Source of the DNA: Scyliorhinus canicula
Lineage: Eukaryota
Direction of reading: 5' to 3'
Length of the DNA stretch: 64,000 bases
Assembly (NCBI RefSeq): GCF_902713615.1
Contig: NC_052149.1
Span: 125,615,256-125,679,255 of the forward strand
Notes under the pieces: model-generated
The model's input: only the letters and a program-made list of their open reading frames with translations
Databases searched by the model: none
Told to the model about the DNA's origin: nothing
Translations under genes and position numbers: made by a program
Shown: positions 58,591 through 64,000 of the stretch, in pieces
How the letters are laid out: each line of letters begins with the position of its first letter
Numbering within the stretch: position 1 is the first letter of the stretch

Positions 58591-59228
58591 GGCAGCACGG
58601 TAGCATGGTGGTTAGCATAAATGCTTCACAGCTCCAGGGTCCCAGGTTCGATTCCCGGCTGGGTCACTGTCTGAGCAGAGTCTGCACGTCCTCCCCGTGT
58701 GTGCGTGGGTTTCATCCGGGTGCTCCGGTTTCCTCCCACAGTCCAAAGATGTGCGGGTTAGGTGGATTAGAACATAGAACAGAGAACAGTACAGCACAGA
58801 ACAGGCCCTTCGGCCCTCGATGTTGTGCCGAGCAATGATCACCCTACTCAAACCCACGTATCCACCCTATACCCGTAACCCAACAACCCCCCCCCCCCCC
58901 CTTAACCTTACTTTTTAGGACACTATGGGCAATTTTAGCATGGCCAATCCACCTAACCCGCACATCTTTGGACTGTGGGAGGAAACCGGAGCACCCGGAG
59001 GAAACCCACGCACACACGGGGAGGACGTGCAGACTCCGCACAGACAGTGACCCAGCCGGGAATTGGCCATGCTAAATTGCCCGTAGTGTCCTAAAAAGTA
59101 AGGTTAAAGGGGGGGTTGTTGGGTTATGGGTATAGGGTGGATACGTGGGTTTAAGTAGGGTGATCATTGCTCGGCACAACATCGAGGGCCGAAGGGCCTG
59201 TTCTGTGCTGTACTGTTCTATGTTCTAA
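58591..59228. mobile_element. SINE (+) containing an antisense 5'-truncated copy of the same family (58769-59061)
   Basis: Outer copy breaks at GGTGGATT and resumes at GGCCATGCTAAATTG. Confidence 0.88.
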
Positions 59229-59456
59229 GCAGAAAGGGATTTAGAGACAGCTGTACAGTCATTTGTAGAACAGAAAGCTTTGAGACCAATTCTACCCACA
59301 TGTATTCTCCTCTCTGACTGGTTAAGAAACCGGATGGATCATGGTGAATGCCAGTGGATTACAGAGTTTTAAATAAGAATACCATTGTGTGCTCTGACCG
59401 AGGCAGCAGTAACGGATCTGATAGTTGCTACCCTGAGTGAAACACTGTGTTCACAG

Positions 59457-61130
59457 TGTTGTATTCTCTATTCTGCTTTTCCTGGATGGCTCGGATGCGT
59501 AGTGTTGAATAAAGAACACAAAGCATTGTTAACAAACAAAACTATGAGGCAGCACATGGCACAGTGGTTAGCATTGCTGCCTACGGCGCTGAGGACCCAG
59601 GCTCGAATCCCAGCTTTGGGTCACTGTCCGTGCGGAGTTTCCAGATTCTCCTGTGTCTGCGTGGGTTTCACTCCCACAACCTAAAGATGTGCAGGGTAGG
59701 TGGATTGGCCATGCTAAATTGCCCCTTAATTGGAAAAATAAATAATTGGGTACTCTAGATTTATTTTTAAAAAAGAAAAAAAAAGCAAAACTATAAATTT
59801 ATTTCACTACGAAGATTCGATCACATTCTAAAGTCGAAGGTTTCTCTAATAAACTATGCTATCTCTAACTAGCAGATTTTCTCAAGTACACAACTGCTCT
59901 CTATCCTGTCTCACCATCTTCACAGCTCTCTCTTAACTCCCAGAATCCCCAAAGTCACATGATATATATCTGACTGTTCTGTGGTTCCCTCTAGCACAGT
60001 GGTTCTCAACCGGGGTCAGGGTCCATGTAACATTACTGGGGGTCCACACAAAAAAAATACCGAATTGGGGGTCCACGGTGATATTTTAGTGGTCCATAGA
60101 GCAATTCTACTTCAGAACAATTGTTATTACTGAGAATAAAATTTTTACATTAATCTACGCCATATTAAAATACTAAAAGTAGAAATATTCATGTAGCTAT
60201 GAATTTTTTATGGCAATCAAGTAGAAGAAAAAAACTTTACATTTGACAGTGTCGTAAATTTAAAGTTACCTAGAACAAACGGAGGTGAAAATCACCCATC
60301 TTTTCTCAGGTAGCAGGCAGCGACCTTAGATGTTTGTTTTCATGATGAATATTCACCTTTCTCTCTCTCTCTCTCTCTCTCTCGCACTGACAACGGTCAA
60401 AGAGAGATTATAATCTATCTAATTTACCTTAAGGGCTGAAGGGGCTCAGAACCAAAAAGGTGCATTTGCTGTGGCCCTAATTGTCCCACTAATCTCCCTT
60501 GGGATTCATAAACCTATGGGTGAAGAGAATATGCCTTGCTTTGCCTGGAACGCAGTTTTCATATGTTTAATAAAGTTCATAGTTCGATTCAAACTATTTT
60601 TCTTTCAGATTTTTCATCCTAACTCAAGTTATGAATAACATTTCTTTACAGGAGACCCTCATTGAATTACAAAGTGATGAAATATTGCACGCAAAATTCA
60701 AAGATGGGAAGCATAATATATGGAAAACAAATGACACTGCTAAAAAGTACCCACTACTCTGGGATAAAGCACAGCTCTACGTTATAGCTTTTCCATAATC
60801 TTACCTTGTTGAATCAGGATTTAGTCGTGTTTTTCACTTACCAAAAGCTCGTAATAGACTCGGGATTGTGAAAAAGGGTGATCTTCGACTATCATTGACC
60901 TCGATGGAGCCGAATATAAAAAAACTCGCTGAGCAGCATCAACCACAGGGATCTCATTGAATAAATCTTCATTTTTTTCTTAATTAGTCACTATGGGGGT
61001 CCACAAAAAAAATTAAGAGGAAAAGGGGTCCATGGGTTAAAAAAGGTTGAGAACCACTGCTCTAGCAGTAAAAAACATTATCATTAACTTGTTAACTCTT
61101 TACATTCCAGTCAGTGTACATATCACTACA
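59457..61130. mobile_element. Solo LTR containing a SINE (~59526-59780) and a hAT element
   Basis: TG...CA ends; 5-bp TSD CACAG at 59452-59456 and 61131-61135; the SINE is flanked by CAAAACTAT. Confidence 0.75.
59997..61059 (+). mobile_element. hAT (Charlie/Buster-type) internally deleted DNA transposon
   Basis: TIR CAGTGGTTCTCAACC / GGTTGAGAACCACTG; 8-bp TSD CTCTAGCA at 59989-59996 and 61060-61067; transposase C-terminus YPLLWDKAQLYVIAFP*SYLVESGFS...HQPQGSH-stop at ~60650-60960. Confidence 0.95.
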
Positions 61131-61599
61131 CACAGTACTGGATGTATCCAATGGGATTGGTCTGTTCCTGTCTTTTAGAAGAAAGATATGAGTTTACTTT
61201 TACATTTAAGGAGCAGCTTTTTTTCGCGAAAGTGTACGTTATTTGTAACAAACCTGAAAGATCATTACACACATTTCAAAATGATCATTACAAATGGTGC
61301 AAAGGTATTAAAGTTTTCTGATTCCCGGTGACCTCCTCCGAATATGAGCTCCCCCCGGGAAGGAGGGGGCAGAGCTTCCCCTTTACAGGGGGTTAGATCA
61401 CTAGTATAGAAACCCCGACTTGGGTGCAAGCCGGGGAGGAAGTCCCTTCGGGGAGTGGCGATTTTGGGCAGGATTCTCCGCTGTTGGGATTCTCCGTTAC
61501 GCCGGCAGCGCACCCACACCCGGGCATTTCCCGACAGCGTGGGGCTGCCCATAATGGGAAACCCCATTGGCCGGCTGCTACAGCAGATTCTACACTGGC

Positions 61600-64000
61600 G
61601 ATGAGAATAAAATGGAGCTGCCATCGACACCAAGTACTGGGCGCTGGAGCCACTTCAACTAGGCCTAGGTACATCCAGCGAGATGCTGCATATCAGGAAG
61701 CTCGAACCATTTCAAGCAGAGGTCGATGACTGGGGACAGTATGTTGAGCACATGCTCTATTTCTTCAAACTAACGGGATTGTTTGGGATGAATGACAGGC
61801 TGTGGTATTACTCACAGCCTGTGGTGGGCCCATGTACTGCCTCATAAAGAACCTCATCCACCCCCATGCGCTGGACACCTGGTCATTTGCCACATTGATG
61901 ACCTTAGTAAAGGGGCATCTTGACCCAAAATCGCCGTTAATCATTGGAATTTCATACAGCCACTCAGACCCAGTCAGTATCAACCAGTGACCTCCTAGCC
62001 CATCTCCACAAATGGCTGAAACCTGCGAATTTGGTGCCACGCTCAACGAGCCGTTGCGAGACAGGTTCGTATGTGGAATCCGCGATGCCGACACACACAC
62101 AACACTGCTGACTGTGACTGACCGGGCTTTACAACGCACCATGGAAATCACCATCTCCTGTGAGAGCGCGGAGCAAGGGGTCCATCAGCTCCGAGGAATG
62201 GCGGTGCTGAGCCTCGGCCACTAAACTGCGCACTGCCCCCCACCCCACCAAAGGGATCCCACAGGGACTCAGGCTGCAGCCATTGAGGCCCGGAATACCG
62301 CAGAACACCCTTCCCCAACTGCAAAGATCCAGAATACAAGTTCCAGCCAGCAGCTGCTGGTCATAGGACACCAGTGTGTAGCCGACCCAGGGAGTGCCCT
62401 CCGCCCTGCCCTCTCACCAGGATCGAACGTCGCCCCAGGGACCAGGCCCACTACATGGTTTGAGGAGGGGTTAGGCACCATCAGAGGAACTGTGAGCTGC
62501 ATCAACGCCGACCCGAGTGCCCAGCCGAGATATTTCCACGCCCGGCGTGTACTGTCTGCATTGCGGCCAAAATTGGACATAGAGTTGGACCGTCTCGAAG
62601 GTTTGAAGAGAATACGCCCTGTCTAATTCTCCGACTGTGCAGCACCTGTCATGCTGGTGATGAAAGGGCAGCACGGTGGCGCAGTGGGTTGGCCCTGCTG
62701 CCTCACAGCGCCGAGGCCCCAGGTTCGATCCCGGCTCTGGGTCACTGTCCGTGTGGAGTTTGCACATTCTCCACGTGTTTGCGTGGGTTTCGCCCCCAGA
62801 ACCCAAAGATGTGCAGGTTAGGTGGATTGGTCATACTAAATTGCCCCTTAATTGGAAAAAATTAATTGGGTACTCGAAATTTACTTTAAAAAAATGCTAG
62901 TGATGAAGCCTGGTGGCTCCGTCCACCTCTGTGGGACCACAAGATGAGGGTCTCCCATTTGGATCGTTAAACTGTCTCTCATATTAAGGACATATACGCC
63001 AAGCTCAGCAGTGGCCACACATTTTCCAAATTGTACATGAGCAATGCGTACCTCCAGCTGCCTTTGGCCCCGAACTCCAGGCGGTTTGTGACCATCAACA
63101 CACAGCGTGGGCGATGTGAGTGTATCCAGCTACCTTTTGGTGTTTCTTCCGCATGCGCTGTCTTCCAGTGGGTGATGGAAAACATCCTGTGCGGACTCCC
63201 AAGAGCGAAATGAATGAAAAAGGAAAATCACTTATTGTCACGAGTAGGCTTCAATGAAGTTACTGTGAAAAGCCCCTAGTCGCCACATTCCGGCGCCTGT
63301 CCGGGGAGGCTGGTACGGGAAGAGTGGCGGTATACATTGATAATGTCCTGATCACGGGATCATCTGACTGGGGGCAATCTTGACAATCTGGCCAAGGTTC
63401 TCCAGCGTTTCGAAGAGGTGAAGGTCTGCGTCTCCAGGAAATTTTTTTGTAAAGCAAACGAGGTCACCTACCTGGGTTACCGTGTGGATTGCCATGGGTT
63501 ACACCCCATGGAGGAAAAAGCCAGGCCATCCATCAGGCCGCAGTACCACACAGACCGATGGAACTACGCTTGTTTTTGGGCCGAGTAAATTATTCTGGCC
63601 AGTTTTATTCCGAACTTAACCATACTCTTGACCCCCTCCATCATCTGCTAAAGAAAGGTCAACGTTGGCAATGGTCCCAGGCCCAGGAGACGACTTCCGT
63701 GTTGGTAAAGAAGCAGCTATCCTCCTCCTGTCTGCTGACTCACTTTGACCCAATGAAGCCGCTGTTGTTGACGTGCGATGCTTCCCCTTGTGTGGTGGGG
63801 GCCGTCCTGTCCCACCGGATAAACGATAGGTTGGAGCCGTCCAACTGCATTTGCATCTCGGACATTGGCGAACATGGAAAAAACTACGCACAAATTGAGA
63901 AGGAAGTGTTGGCCATCGTATTTAGTGTTAAAAAAAAATCCATCAGTGCATTTAGGAGCATCCTTTCACCATCTACACCGACCACGAGTCCCCGTTGGGG
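61600..64000 (+). mobile_element. Gypsy gag-pol fragments (gag, RT, RNase H) interrupted by SINEs at ~62668-62890 and ~63210-63320
   Basis: LEPFQAEVDDWGQY; CEFGATLNEPLRDRFVCGI; AYLQLPL...INTQRG...LPFGVSSACAVFQ; YIDNVLITG; LTCDASP. Confidence 0.85.

Larger units (their letters stand above)
57950..61230 (+). mobile_element. Retrovirus-like/LTR retroelement protease-RT remnant, host of nested insertions
   Basis: DYLADTGASHT; QRHYTFPKEG; LVKKPDGSW*MPVDYRVLNK (59320-59385); FTVLDVSNG split by an LTR at 59456/61131. Confidence 0.7.

Noticed and set aside
11283-62890. tRNA genes suggested by A/B-box motifs
   Set aside because: All are SINE heads continuous with SINE bodies and tails; no complete cloverleaf was seen
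41748-64000. A second Ig cluster or a KDE-like RSS downstream of C
   Set aside because: Manual reading found no further V, J or C exon and no heptamer-spacer-nonamer; a degenerate RSS could have been missed without an RIC-score scan
61600-64000. Functional Gypsy element
   Set aside because: Many stops and frameshifts, SINE interruptions, and no paired LTRs in the window

Overview
This is vertebrate genomic DNA from a cartilaginous fish: a shark, possibly a catshark (Scyliorhinus). The genus is inferred from the repeat families and the Ig cluster layout. The only cellular gene is one unrearranged, apparently intact immunoglobulin kappa-type (shark type III / NS4-like) light-chain cluster on the + strand: promoter ~28404-28500, leader 28559-28607, V 28794-29091 with a perfect 12-RSS, J 30221-30255 with a 23-RSS, and C 41419-41747. 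Almost everything else is transposon-derived. There are two full-length, TSD-flanked L1-clade LINEs; one is nearly intact, and the other sits antisense in the J-C intron 51 nt before the C splice acceptor. There is also a truncated third L1, CR1 and L2 fragments, several Harbinger elements (nuclease and Myb/SANT genes), and a Penelope-like element plus a mini-derivative carrying minimal hammerhead ribozyme motifs. Further elements include Gypsy fragments, a spuma/loki-like pol remnant, five solo LTRs, a Charlie/Buster-type hAT and many tRNA-derived SINEs. Several tandem arrays can be traced to TE segments: a 6.5-kb 21-bp array grown from coiled-coil heptad codons of a Harbinger Myb-like gene, a 5-kb 37-bp array matching an adjacent L2, a 57-bp array from LINE ORF2, and a 48-bp array from a Harbinger nuclease motif. 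I found no CRISPR, rRNA or true tRNA, and I cannot claim a clearly new biological system. All family names come from motif recognition, not database searches. Boundaries without TSDs are approximate.
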